Source: Polyangiales bacterium (GTDB lineage Bacteria > Myxococcota_A > Polyangia > Polyangiales > Houyiibacteriaceae). Taken from it: DNA of 64,000 nt. A model generated the notes under the pieces. That model was given only the letters and a program-made list of their open reading frames with translations, ran no database searches and was not told the origin of the DNA. Shown piece after piece: positions 9,229-18,694 of the stretch (within the stretch, counting starts at the first letter, position 1; each line of letters begins with the position of its first letter). The stretch covers positions 21,882-85,881 of the forward strand of contig JBGCFM010000160.1 in the NCBI GenBank assembly GCA_045106895.1, in the 5' to 3' direction. Made by a program: the position numbers and the translations under genes.

Positions 9229-10544
9229 AACGTACCCTCGCCGTTGCCGCGTTTCTCTTCGCGAGCACAGCGTGCGTTGTGCTCGCGGCGCTGCCTGCGG
9301 CGTACGGGGGAGCTCTTCGCCTCGCTGCGACCGGGCCCATCGCATTGCCTCACCCCGCGCACCGCGAGTCGCCTTTTGAGTCGGCGCTTTCGGCAGCGGT
9401 GTATGACAAGCTGAGCGAGATCCTCCATGCGGAAACGGAAGGCACGCAGGTGACGCTTCGTTTTCGCACCGGTGTCGTTCGGCAGGACCGCCGCCCCGTG
9501 CGTATCGCTGACCTTCAGCGTTCTTTGCGTCGCCTCGACCGCACCGGCGCCCGTCATTGGCTTGCGCCCATCGCGCGCCGGAACGGAGCGCTCCAGATGG
9601 AAGTCCAGGACGACGCGTTGGTCGTGGAACTGCAGCAAGAGGGCGTCGATGTACATCGCTGGCTGCGAGCGGCACCATTGGCGTTTGTTGTGTCTCCTGG
9701 AACGGGGACGGGGCCCTTTCGGCCGCGCGTTGTGCGTGACGAACTCCGACTTTTTCAGTCTCGGAGCGCAATCCGCGGGGCGCCCTATCTGCAGCGCATT
9801 CACGTCACCCCGTACGAGGGGCGTGAAGGGGAGCTTCGAGCGTTGATGCTTGGGCAGTTGGACGGTTCGTGGTCTGGCGCGAGCCTCTATGACACCTCGC
9901 CTCCTCACCCGATGAATCGGCACGCGCTCGAATCCCGCGCCGCCGTATTGCTTGTAGGCACACGTTCACGAAGCCGAGAGCTCGCGGTGCTCGGCGCTGC
10001 CCTCGACCGGCGACGTCTCGCGCGCGTCGGTTTGACGCCGTCGGAGCGTTTTTCAGAGTTGCCCGCGCCGAACCCGAGTGGGCGCGATGTGCCACGCGGT
10101 GGTCGCTCCTTGGCCTATCGCGCGGGCGACGTGTTCGCCGCGGCGCTCGCTGAGGCGATGGCCGCGCGTTTCGACGAAGAGGGTTGGTCAATTCGACCAC
10201 GGGCGATTCCACCCGCGCAGTGGAGAAGCGCAGCGAGCCGTTACGATTACCGCATCGCTCAAGTTGTTCCTGGTTTGGCGGGAGGACCTTTTCTCTTAGC
10301 GGACGCTTTCGCAGAGACTGGAGACAACGACAGCGCGGAGGCTTTGGTTCGCTCCGGTCTCAACGCCGGCGATGCCGTGGACGCTCAAGCGCGGGCGCGC
10401 GAATTGCCGGCGCTTGTCCTCGGTTGGCGTTCGTCTTCTCTTCACTTGGACGCTGATGTGCACGGCTTTGAATTGGATGAGCGTGGAGAGCTTCGTCTCG
10501 AGCGGCTTCATTGGCGGCGCGCGCGAATCGAGGCCCCCCGATGA
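9225..10544 (+). CDS. Family-5 (peptide/nickel)-like extracytoplasmic solute-binding protein, divergent
   Basis: Signal peptide, YGGALRLA, VYDKL, TLRFRTGV, GTGPFR, GAPYLQRI. ATGA overlaps at both ends. Confidence 0.65.
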   Translation: MKRTLAVAAFLFASTACVVLAALPAAYGGALRLAATGPIALPHPAHRESPFESALSAAVYDKLSEILHAETEGTQVTLRFRTGVVRQDRRPVRIADLQRSLRRLDRTGARHWLAPIARRNGALQMEVQDDALVVELQQEGVDVHRWLRAAPLAFVVSPGTGTGPFRPRVVRDELRLFQSRSAIRGAPYLQRIHVTPYEGREGELRALMLGQLDGSWSGASLYDTSPPHPMNRHALESRAAVLLVGTRSRSRELAVLGAALDRRRLARVGLTPSERFSELPAPNPSGRDVPRGGRSLAYRAGDVFAAALAEAMAARFDEEGWSIRPRAIPPAQWRSAASRYDYRIAQVVPGLAGGPFLLADAFAETGDNDSAEALVRSGLNAGDAVDAQARARELPALVLGWRSSSLHLDADVHGFELDERGELRLERLHWRRARIEAPR

Positions 10545-12286
10545 GCTTGCGCGCACGCCTCATTGTCTTTTTTCTCATCGCGGCTTTCGTTCCCTTGGGC
10601 GCACTGGGCCTCGTGGTTCGAACCAGTCTCATCAAGGGGCTCGAAGAAGACCATGTGCGACGCCTCGCGACGCGCGTCGCTTCCGCACAACGAGTGCTTG
10701 CGGAGCGGGCGGAAGAAGACCGCCAAGCGACGGAGGCTTTGTGTCAGCATGAGCCCGTCGTCGACCGTGTTCTTCTGCAGATAGCTGCAAATCGATTCGG
10801 CCCGAGTGAAGAGCAAGCGTTGGTTCGTTTGCTGCCGGCGCTGATGCATGGGCGCGGATTCGATACGCTGCATCTGCTTCAGGTGAGTGGTGAGCGCGGT
10901 CGCGTGCTTGGTGCTGGGCATTACCCCGGTGAATCAGGCGCGCTCAAAGTCGACTTGCTGAATGCGCTTACGGCACACGAAGAGCAGCTCTTTGTGCACG
11001 ATGTGCGGATTCAAGGCGAAGACGGCCCAGCAGATCACCAAGTGCTCTTGAGCGGCTGCATCGAACAGCGGGACGGGGCGACGCTCGCAGTGCTGACGGG
11101 TCGTCGTTTGGACGATGCCGTCAGCGAAGACCTCTTGGGAGATGTTTCCCCGGTGCATTTTGCCCTCGTCCACGGGGACGAGAGTCCGGAGCTTTTGGGC
11201 AGTGGAGCGCCGACGGAGGTTCACCGTTTTGCCGACTCAAACATTCGGCTCCTCGCCAATATCGATGACGCGCCACTGCAGGGAGAGATCGCGTCGCTGA
11301 AGCTTCGCTCGCTCTACGTAGCCGGGGCGGCGTTGGCGCTGGCGCTGCTGATGGCGGTACTGCTGACGTGGACGTTGACGCGGCCCCTCGAAGAGCTCCA
11401 GGCCGCGGCCAAACGCGTGGCCGGCGGCGACCTTGAGTCACGTGTTGCGGTCACGCGCCGGGACGAAGTCGGTAACGCGATGACCGCCTTCAACGAGATG
11501 ACGAAGGAACTGGCGGTGACCCGCGAGAAGCTCCTGCGCGCAGAACGAATCGCCGCTTGGCGTGAAGTGGCGCGGCGTATTGCTCACGAGATCAAGAACC
11601 CACTCCAGCCTATCCAGATGGAGATCGAGACCATGCGCAAACTACACGCGCGTGGTCACGCGAGCTTTGACGAAGAGTTCGGGCCGTCGACGCAGCTGGT
11701 TCTCGATGAGGTGAAGCGCCTCAACAACATGGTCACGGAGTTCAGCCGCTTCGCGCGTCTCCCGCCCCCCCGACCCGTGCGCCAAGACCTGCTCGATGTG
11801 GTCAATCATGTGGTTAGTCTTCATGAGGGCGGGGCTGTCAGCGTGGACCAGGATGCTGAGAGCATGCTCCTTCGTTTCGACAGCGAGCAGCTGACGCAGG
11901 TGTTGGTGAACTTGGTGCAGAACGGTGCCGATGCGGCCATGGCACGCCACGGACAGAACGGCGGAAAGGTCCGCGTGAGTCTACGGGCTCTCGAGGACGC
12001 ATCCATCAAGGGCGCGGAGTTGCGCATCGAAGACAACGGAACGGGCATCCCCGCTGCGGACCGCCTGCGCGTCTTCGAGCCCTACTTTACGACGAAGGCG
12101 AAGGGAACCGGGCTGGGCCTCGCGATCGTTCACCGCATCGTTGGCGACCACGGGGGCACCATTGACATTGAGGACGGAATCGATGGCGGTGCCGCGTTTG
12201 TGATTCGGCTTCCAGAAGCCGGTCCACCGGTGGCCATCGCCGCGAGCTTGTCCGACGCATCGCTGCCCCTGGGCCGTGCGCAATAG
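10541..12286 (+). CDS. NtrY-like HAMP sensor histidine kinase
   Basis: 2 TM plus periplasmic domain, HAMP, H-box WREVARRIAHEIKNPL, N-box NLVQNG, DNGTGI, FEPYFTTK, GTGLGL. Confidence 0.9.
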   Translation: MSLRARLIVFFLIAAFVPLGALGLVVRTSLIKGLEEDHVRRLATRVASAQRVLAERAEEDRQATEALCQHEPVVDRVLLQIAANRFGPSEEQALVRLLPALMHGRGFDTLHLLQVSGERGRVLGAGHYPGESGALKVDLLNALTAHEEQLFVHDVRIQGEDGPADHQVLLSGCIEQRDGATLAVLTGRRLDDAVSEDLLGDVSPVHFALVHGDESPELLGSGAPTEVHRFADSNIRLLANIDDAPLQGEIASLKLRSLYVAGAALALALLMAVLLTWTLTRPLEELQAAAKRVAGGDLESRVAVTRRDEVGNAMTAFNEMTKELAVTREKLLRAERIAAWREVARRIAHEIKNPLQPIQMEIETMRKLHARGHASFDEEFGPSTQLVLDEVKRLNNMVTEFSRFARLPPPRPVRQDLLDVVNHVVSLHEGGAVSVDQDAESMLLRFDSEQLTQVLVNLVQNGADAAMARHGQNGGKVRVSLRALEDASIKGAELRIEDNGTGIPAADRLRVFEPYFTTKAKGTGLGLAIVHRIVGDHGGTIDIEDGIDGGAAFVIRLPEAGPPVAIAASLSDASLPLGRAQ

Positions 12287-12301
12287 CTCTGCCTTGTGGT
12301 G

Positions 12302-13177
12302 TTAGAGCGCCCGATACGCCAGCCACGTTAGCTCGGTGAGGCGTGCATCGGAATCGCCGACGATGGTGTCGCCCATGACCGTGCCTTCTCCAAACTTCGC
12401 GAGCGTCGATTCTTCAACGACGGTCTCGTCGAGCAATACGGTGAAGAGGCCGCCGAGGATGAAGAACTCGACGCGTGTTCCGTCCGGGAGATCGGTGGCG
12501 TTCGGAACGCGGACGTTGAATCCTTCTTCGCTGGGTAAGGCTTCGGGGCCGAGGGCGTAGACACCATCCAGGTTCATGTCTCCGGCGAAGCAGGGGGCCT
12601 CCACACGCGTCGCACCGATCTCCTCGTAGCGGCCGAAGAAGCGTTCCGGCACGATGTTCGTGAGCACGAGACCATCACCGATGGTGACTTCACGTGGGGC
12701 TGTCTCGTCGCCGATGGGCGGGAGCGCCACGTCATCGAGTTCGTAGACCACGATGTCGACGGGGTGCTCGTAGATGCCGTCTTCGACGCTAAGGTCTACA
12801 GGGCAGTAGCTGGTGGCGATACGTTCTAGAGGGCTCGTCGTGCGAAGTGCGACGCGATCGATACAGCGGTGCTCTTCATTGACCGGCCGCACCCACCAGC
12901 CGCTTGGGTCACTGAGTGCAGGGGACAGACAAATGAAGTTGCCGTCCACTCGGTGGATACAGAGCTGGGCGCGGCCCCCTTCTACGGGGTTGCCTTCATC
13001 ATCGACGATGCGGCCGGTGATGGCGGCGGCGTAGTCACCCGTGCAGTCCACGCCGCCGCTCAGGTCGAGGTTCTCCAGCTCCGGAAAGTCGGGCGCAGGA
13101 GGACGCAACGGCGCGTTGTCCGGGGAGGCACAGCTCACGGCGAGGATGAGTGAAACGAGAGTGAGGGACAGACGCAT
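12302..13177 (-). CDS. Hypothetical lipoprotein (carboxypeptidase-regulatory-like beta-sandwich)
   Basis: MRLSLTLVSLILAVSC lipobox. ITGRIVDDEGNPVEG motif. Confidence 0.6.
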   Translation of the reverse strand: MRLSLTLVSLILAVSCASPDNAPLRPPAPDFPELENLDLSGGVDCTGDYAAAITGRIVDDEGNPVEGGRAQLCIHRVDGNFICLSPALSDPSGWWVRPVNEEHRCIDRVALRTTSPLERIATSYCPVDLSVEDGIYEHPVDIVVYELDDVALPPIGDETAPREVTIGDGLVLTNIVPERFFGRYEEIGATRVEAPCFAGDMNLDGVYALGPEALPSEEGFNVRVPNATDLPDGTRVEFFILGGLFTVLLDETVVEESTLAKFGEGTVMGDTIVGDSDARLTELTWLAYRAL

Positions 13178-13255
13178 ACCGGCAGTATGCGCGATAGAGC
13201 GACATGTAACGGAGTCGATCAAAGAATCCGCTACATGGGCTCAAGTCAGCGGAAC

Positions 13256-14149
13256 TCAGCCGTCTTCGGCTGGGTTGGCGAACTTACGCGTCCAGAGGAT
13301 CGCGTCTTTTCGTTCGTTTCCAACTTCCAGGCAACCTGCCAGCAGGCCTGTCTTTCGGTACCCGGCCGCGAGGAGCATACCCGCGAGCTCTTCGTCATCG
13401 CTGGGGATGAAGAGAAAGCCGCTCACGATGCCGCGTTCTGTGAGCCACTCGCCGAGCACACGAAGGCCGTTGAGAACGGCCTTTCGTTCGTTCTCGTCGG
13501 CGGGACGGCGGAGGATCTCGATGAGGCTGTGGCCAAAGCAATCTTGGTACTCAGCGGAAAGGTAGTTGGGCTCAGTCTTCTTGTAGCTGAGCTTGTAGTA
13601 GGCACGGCGTGCATCACGACCGAAGGTGTCGAAGGTGTGAAGGCCGGCGTCGCCGTTCCACACTTCTTCGCGCGCTTTGAGCGCCTCGTCTTCGTCGACC
13701 TGAACGGCCTGCGCGCCTTTGACCTTGGCGGGGTAGTCCTTGATGACTTTCTTCGCGCGGTTGATGGTCCGCTCGGCAAGGCGGACGCCTGCGTCGCTGA
13801 CGGTGGCGTTCTCGTCATCGCCGATGACGCAGCCGCAGAGGTGACCATCGCTACGTTTGTAGAAGCCAGGAATGGTGCCTTCGCGGGTGAACCCGACCTT
13901 GACCCAAGAAGACACTTCGTCCTTTTCGACGAGGGTGATGACCTTCTTGATGCCTTCCTTTTTGCCGACGGACTGGATGTACAGGCGCTTGGCAGGGAGT
14001 GCGCCGGCACGGAAATCGATGACGCGAACGAACTTCGTTCGGTTGTTGAGGATCAAGCACAAGTACGCGCTATCACTACGGAAGTAGAGTTCCTCCACCG
14101 TCGGCCTGGACGGCGCCTTAGCTTTTGCCTTGGCTTTCGCTTTCGCCAT
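13256..14149 (-). CDS. Tandem-GNAT-like protein resembling beta-lysine N-acetyltransferase (AblB/YodP)
   Basis: VRVIDF..KKVITLVE..GFTREGTIPGFY and AGYRKTGLL..DAILWTRK GNAT-type motifs. SD AAGGGAG. Strong codon bias. Confidence 0.55.
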   Translation of the reverse strand: MAKAKAKAKAKAPSRPTVEELYFRSDSAYLCLILNNRTKFVRVIDFRAGALPAKRLYIQSVGKKEGIKKVITLVEKDEVSSWVKVGFTREGTIPGFYKRSDGHLCGCVIGDDENATVSDAGVRLAERTINRAKKVIKDYPAKVKGAQAVQVDEDEALKAREEVWNGDAGLHTFDTFGRDARRAYYKLSYKKTEPNYLSAEYQDCFGHSLIEILRRPADENERKAVLNGLRVLGEWLTERGIVSGFLFIPSDDEELAGMLLAAGYRKTGLLAGCLEVGNERKDAILWTRKFANPAEDG

Positions 14150-14202
14150 CGTTCGTGCTCCCTTATTTGTCCGGAATTCTTCGTGAATTCCACCAACGGC
14201 GG

Positions 14203-14230
14203 ACACTAGCAAAGGTGTGTGGGGTGTCAA
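14203..14230 (-). promoter_or_regulatory. Sigma70-type promoter for the GNAT-like gene
   Basis: Minus strand TTGACA (14230-14225), 16-nt spacer ending TGc, then TAGTGT (14208-14203): perfect -35 and extended -10. Confidence 0.65.
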
Positions 14231-14347
14231 ACGCCGCGCCGCCTGTTTTCTAGGTGTTTTTCGGCTCGTGGCGCATCGAAGGCGGAAGAACGAGACATCT
14301 CTCGTGCACCCATCCTGACTACGGGTATATTCGCGTTCGTGGAAGCT

Positions 14348-15334
14348 ATGCAGGTGGAGAAGCGCGAGAGTATCCGGGTCGTCGCTGACATACTCCTGGC
14401 GGCGGCACACTCGGACTCTGAGTTCTGCGACCAAGAACGCCTCACCGTGAAGCGCGTCTTGTGTGAGCTCCTCGGCGTGGACGAGCTGCCGCACGAGATC
14501 CAAGAGCACCTGGAGGGCTTCGACCCGTCTAGCTTCAATATCCGCGACTCGGCGGAAACGTATTTGGAGCAGAAGGACATCAGCGAGGTCGATGAGCGAC
14601 GCCTCATCGAGTTGGTGCGGAAAGTCTGTGACGCGAATGGCGCCGTCGACCTGGAAGAGGACCAGTACATGATCGCGCTGGTCCTCGCGCTGCGCCTCGC
14701 GCCGGACGAGTTCTCAGACCTGGTGCTCAATCATGCCGATGGTCTGCACGGGACACGCAAGCGTGTCTTTGATGTTCTTTTCTCTGCGACGTTCATCGCG
14801 ACTTGCTGGCCACTTCTCGCAGGCATTGCGACGGCGGTGCGCACCACGTCGAAGGGACCCGCCCTTTTCAAACAGCGCCGCTACGGAGCGGGCGGCCGCG
14901 AGATCGAAGTTTGGAAGTTCCGCACGATGACCGTTCAGGAGAACGGTGGTGACGTGAAGCAGGCCACGAAAGGGGACGCCCGTATCACGCCCTTGGGGGC
15001 GTTTCTGCGTCGCACGAGCCTCGATGAGCTTCCTCAGTTCTTCAACGTTCTCCGCGGCGACATGTCTGTCGTGGGTCCGCGCCCTCACGCGGTCGCGCAC
15101 AACAAGGCGTACCGAACACGCATTCTTGAGTACATGCTTCGCCACAAGGTGAAGCCGGGCATCACAGGTTGGGCACAGGTCAACGGCTGGCGTGGTGAGA
15201 CCGACACTCTCGACAAGATGGTCGGGCGCGTGGAACACGACCTCGATTACATTCGCCGTTGGTCCTTTCGCATGGACTTGCTCATCGTGTGGCTGACGGT
15301 ATTCGGCGTAAAAGTCCGTCAGAACGCCTACTGA
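14348..15334 (+). CDS. TerB-like domain fused to WcaJ/WbaP-type phosphoglycosyltransferase (Bac_transf)
   Basis: N-term LLAAAHSDSEFCDQE..KVCDANGAVDLEEDQY (TerB duplicated motif). C-term KRVFD..KFRTM..LRRTSLDELPQFFNVLRGDMSVVGPRP..KPGITGWAQVNG. Alternative GTG start at 14339. Confidence 0.85.
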   Translation: MQVEKRESIRVVADILLAAAHSDSEFCDQERLTVKRVLCELLGVDELPHEIQEHLEGFDPSSFNIRDSAETYLEQKDISEVDERRLIELVRKVCDANGAVDLEEDQYMIALVLALRLAPDEFSDLVLNHADGLHGTRKRVFDVLFSATFIATCWPLLAGIATAVRTTSKGPALFKQRRYGAGGREIEVWKFRTMTVQENGGDVKQATKGDARITPLGAFLRRTSLDELPQFFNVLRGDMSVVGPRPHAVAHNKAYRTRILEYMLRHKVKPGITGWAQVNGWRGETDTLDKMVGRVEHDLDYIRRWSFRMDLLIVWLTVFGVKVRQNAY

Positions 15335-15344
15335 ACCGCTTCGC

Positions 15345-15758
15345 TTACTGGCCGTAGGGGCGGGTGCCCAAAGCGCCTCGGGCAAAGTCACGTGCGGGCT
15401 GTTCGTCACTGAAGACACGGATATGTGAGCCGGCTTCGTCTTCGCGAAGCTGCTGACTTACCTGAAGTCGACCGACGGCTGTCTCGACAAGGAACGCGAT
15501 ACGCGGGTGTCCCTTGGTGACCTCTCGCCTGAACTTTGTGATCTGCCTTTCGAAGTCCGGACCGACGCCCGCCGCGATGCTTCGTAGGTCCACCAAGAGG
15601 CCCAAATGCTGAAGGCTCTTGAGTGCCTCGATGACGGGGATGGTGCGTTCATAGACGTCACCACCAACGCTGAAGGGCACGTCGGTGCGAACGAGCTCCA
15701 CGTGATTCGCTTGCTCGATGATGCTGAAGTGAATGGTGATGTTCATCGGAACTCGCAC
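15345..15758 (-). CDS. Small SpoIIAA/STAS-SEC14-like hypothetical protein
   Basis: GLLVDLRS..RIAFLVETAVGRLQV..RVFSDEQPARDF pattern of the expanded myxobacterial SpoIIAA-like family. Confidence 0.55.
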   Translation of the reverse strand: MRVPMNITIHFSIIEQANHVELVRTDVPFSVGGDVYERTIPVIEALKSLQHLGLLVDLRSIAAGVGPDFERQITKFRREVTKGHPRIAFLVETAVGRLQVSQQLREDEAGSHIRVFSDEQPARDFARGALGTRPYGQ

Positions 15759-15812
15759 GGCGGCACTCTACATAAAATAGCGCGCCTCCTACACGAGCAT
15801 TTTTCTCGAAAC

Positions 15813-15847
15813 GAAAAAGGCCAGACCCCGAGGGGCCTGACCTTTTC
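15813..15847 (-). terminator. Intrinsic terminator of the triple-DsbA gene (possibly bidirectional)
   Basis: Minus strand AGGTCAGGCCCC-TC-GGGGTCTGGCCT stem followed by TTTT, ~30 nt after the stop codon. Confidence 0.75.
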
Positions 15848-15875
15848 GACGATGGGCTCATACGAGCCCGATTGA

Positions 15876-17921
15876 TCACTCTGCGAGAGCGCGATCGATG
15901 GCGGTCTTGAAGGCCTCGAAGGGCTGCGCGCCCTGGAGGAGTCGACCGTTGATGAAGAAGCTTGGCGTACCGATTCGGGCGCCGGCGCTGGTGACGGCTT
16001 CCATGTCGGCGTCGACGGCAGCCTGGTGGGTGCGGTTGTCGAGGGCAGCACGGAACTGCGCCATGTTCACGCCGCCGATCTGCTGCGCGTACTCTTCAAG
16101 CTGTGGGCGGGCCAAGGCGCGCTGGTTCTCGAAGAGCTTGTCGTGGAAGGCCCAGAAGCCTTCGTCGCCACGCTGACGATGAATCTCGACGGTGGCTTCG
16201 GCTGCAAGGTGAGCGTCGCTGTGGAATGGAAGCGGGTAGTTACGCCAAACAACGCGGACGCGGTCGCCGTATTCCTGCATGACGCGAGCCATGGTTGGGT
16301 TGACGCGGGAGCAGAAGGGGCACTGGAAGTCGCTGAACTCTTGGATGACGACCGATGCGTTGCGTGCGCCCTTGCTTGGAGCGTTGCGGGGAACGGCGAT
16401 TTCGTAAACGCGATCGGCGTCGGGAGCCGCAGCGGCTGGCGCAGCAGGTGCTGGCGCTGGACCGGTGAACTGTGGCTCGGTTGCGCCGTCACGAACGGCT
16501 GCGGCGTAGACTCCGGCGCGCGGGGTGCCGGCGGCGACGAGGGCACGCGCACGGGCGAGCTCCTGGTCGATGACAGCCTTGAAGGCCTGGAGAGGCTGCG
16601 CACCACGAAGGTTGCGGCCGTTGATGAAGAAGCTTGGGGTGCCGCTTGCGCCGAAGCCGCGGGCGATGGCCTGCTGTGCGGTGACGGTTGCCTGGTGCTC
16701 GTTGTTGTCTAGGGCGGCGCGGAACTGAGCCATGTTGAGGCCGAGCTCCTGTGCGTAGCTCTCAAGCTCTGGACGACCAAGGGCGCGCTGGTTCTCGAAG
16801 AGCTTCGCGTGCATCGCCCAGAACTTGGCGTTGCCGCCCTGTTCGAAGGCTTCGAGGACAGCCTGAGCGGCGGGTCCAGCGTTCTGGTGGAATGGAAGTG
16901 GGTTGTTCATCCAGATGACGCGAACGTCGTTGCCGTACTCTTCGAGGACCTGGTTGACCGTAGGCTCCACGCGGGAGCAGAAGGGGCACTCGAAGTCCGA
17001 GAACTCGACGATGGTGACGAGTGCGTTGTCGGGACCACGCTGAGGAAGGTTGCCGGCGGGAAGCTCAAGCTTGTAGACGGCGGCTGGGTCGGGCTGACGA
17101 CGAGCAGGCTGGTCCTGCTTGGCGGCGGCGGCGGGTGCAGCGGCGGGTGCCGTGAGACCGTTGCGGGTCATCGCCTGGTAGACCTGAGCCTGTGGCGTGC
17201 CGGCGGCAACAAGTGCGCGAGCAGCGGCGAGCTGACGGTCCATGACCTCTTTGAACTTGTCGTAAGGCTGTGCGCCCATGAGCTGTTCGCCGTTGATGAA
17301 GAAGGCTGGGGTGCCGCGAGCGCCGAGGCTCGTTGCAAGCTGCTGGTCAGCCTGGATCTTCGACTGGTGCTCGTTGTTGTCGAGAGCAGCTCGGACCTGG
17401 GCCATGTTGAGGCCGACCTGACCGGCGTAACGCTCGAGGTCCGCACGCTCGAGGGCGCGCTGGTTCTCGAAGAGGAGGTCGTGCATCTGCCAGAACTTGT
17501 CAGCGCCGCCCTGCTCGAAGGCTTCGAGAGCCAAGTTCGCAGCGGGGCCCGCGTTCTGGTGGAAGGGGAGGGGGTTGTTGCGCCAAACGATGCGCAGGTT
17601 CTCACCGTACTCACGCTCGATGCGCTCGATGGTGGGGCGAACGCGGCTGCAGAAGGGGCACTGGAACTCGGACACGATGACCATCGTGACGAGAGCGTCT
17701 GCGGCACCCTTGCTGGGCTGGTCGGCGGTGACGGGAACGCGGTAGCGCTCGACGTCATCATCTGGACCCGGTGCGTTTGCGCCGAGGGCCTGGCCTTCAC
17801 CTGCGATTTCGACGTTGGAGACGTCTTGGTCCCCGCTTTCATTTTTTCCAAGAAGGTTGCCGCTGGCAAACCCTCCGACGAACGCGATCATGATCGCGAT
17901 TACTGCTGAACCTTTACTCAT
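15876..17921 (-). CDS. Membrane-anchored protein with three tandem DsbA/thioredoxin_4 domains
   Basis: N-terminal TM. Three F(Q/E)CPFCSRV active sites, each with PLPFH and cis-Pro GTP(A/S)FFING. Ala/Pro linkers. Confidence 0.92.
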   Translation of the reverse strand: MSKGSAVIAIMIAFVGGFASGNLLGKNESGDQDVSNVEIAGEGQALGANAPGPDDDVERYRVPVTADQPSKGAADALVTMVIVSEFQCPFCSRVRPTIERIEREYGENLRIVWRNNPLPFHQNAGPAANLALEAFEQGGADKFWQMHDLLFENQRALERADLERYAGQVGLNMAQVRAALDNNEHQSKIQADQQLATSLGARGTPAFFINGEQLMGAQPYDKFKEVMDRQLAAARALVAAGTPQAQVYQAMTRNGLTAPAAAPAAAAKQDQPARRQPDPAAVYKLELPAGNLPQRGPDNALVTIVEFSDFECPFCSRVEPTVNQVLEEYGNDVRVIWMNNPLPFHQNAGPAAQAVLEAFEQGGNAKFWAMHAKLFENQRALGRPELESYAQELGLNMAQFRAALDNNEHQATVTAQQAIARGFGASGTPSFFINGRNLRGAQPLQAFKAVIDQELARARALVAAGTPRAGVYAAAVRDGATEPQFTGPAPAPAAPAAAAPDADRVYEIAVPRNAPSKGARNASVVIQEFSDFQCPFCSRVNPTMARVMQEYGDRVRVVWRNYPLPFHSDAHLAAEATVEIHRQRGDEGFWAFHDKLFENQRALARPQLEEYAQQIGGVNMAQFRAALDNRTHQAAVDADMEAVTSAGARIGTPSFFINGRLLQGAQPFEAFKTAIDRALAE

Positions 17922-18094
17922 CTCTAAGAACCTTTCGTGCGGACAACGCCGCAGCGAGCTTTATTAAACTCAACGTGGGTGGTCGTGCGCGAGGCGACCG
18001 GGAAAAGCGCGCGCTGAATGCAACACTCGACCGCGCAGTGGTTTGCGCAGGGGTGGCGTTCGGCGATCGATGACGGGGGTGTACTCGGGCCGGT

Positions 18095-18556
18095 CTAGCG
18101 CGGTGGCCGAAGTAAACGTTCATGAAAGCCTGAAGGACCACTCTCGCTTTCAAAGCGTGGGTTGGTCAGGCTTGCGTGAAGGGCACGTGGGACCACGAGC
18201 CGGAAGAGAGTGGCCGTTGGAGGAGGCACCAGCTCCGCGGCAGGAGCTTCGCTGCCTTGAGGTGAGCAGCGGCTCTCGTCGCCACCTTCGCACCAGAGGA
18301 TGCGCTCTTCTTGCTCGGGAGCGTCGGCCTCACGCCAGAAGGTCAGGCGTGTGCTCTCAACGTTGCTCCAAATCTCATCGATAGGCCTCGAAGCGGCGTT
18401 TTCGCCCTCTTCCATTTGGCTCTGGGGGCCATCTACACGAAGAGGTGGGCTGAAGAGCGCGTCTTCTTGGGCGATGAGGCACATGCGTTCCGCCGCGGCC
18501 GAGGAGGCCGTCGCTAGGACTGCACTGACGCAGCAAGCGATGAGAAGAAAACGCAT
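18095..18556 (-). CDS. Hypothetical secreted protein
   Basis: Signal peptide MRFLLIACCVSAVLATASSAAA. C-terminal RLLRPPR. Confidence 0.5.
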   Translation of the reverse strand: MRFLLIACCVSAVLATASSAAAERMCLIAQEDALFSPPLRVDGPQSQMEEGENAASRPIDEIWSNVESTRLTFWREADAPEQEERILWCEGGDESRCSPQGSEAPAAELVPPPTATLFRLVVPRALHASLTNPRFESESGPSGFHERLLRPPR

Positions 18557-18694
18557 AGGGTGACGGACACTTGCAGCTGAAGCCGTGGACGGCAAGGGGG
18601 GTAGACGAAAGTGGCGGCCACTTGGGAGGACTTGGCCGCCACCCCGTCAATTACCCAACAAACCCCTAGGAAGGGCGTTTATTCCGCCAAAAAG

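Noticed and set aside
13187..14209. 340-aa plus-strand ORF
   Set aside because: Antisense shadow of the codon-biased GNAT-like gene; no motifs.
16026..17909. Long plus-strand ORFs with internal repeats opposite the DsbA gene; possible repeat array
   Set aside because: Repeats are the three DsbA coding domains; no CRISPR-like repeat-spacer period.
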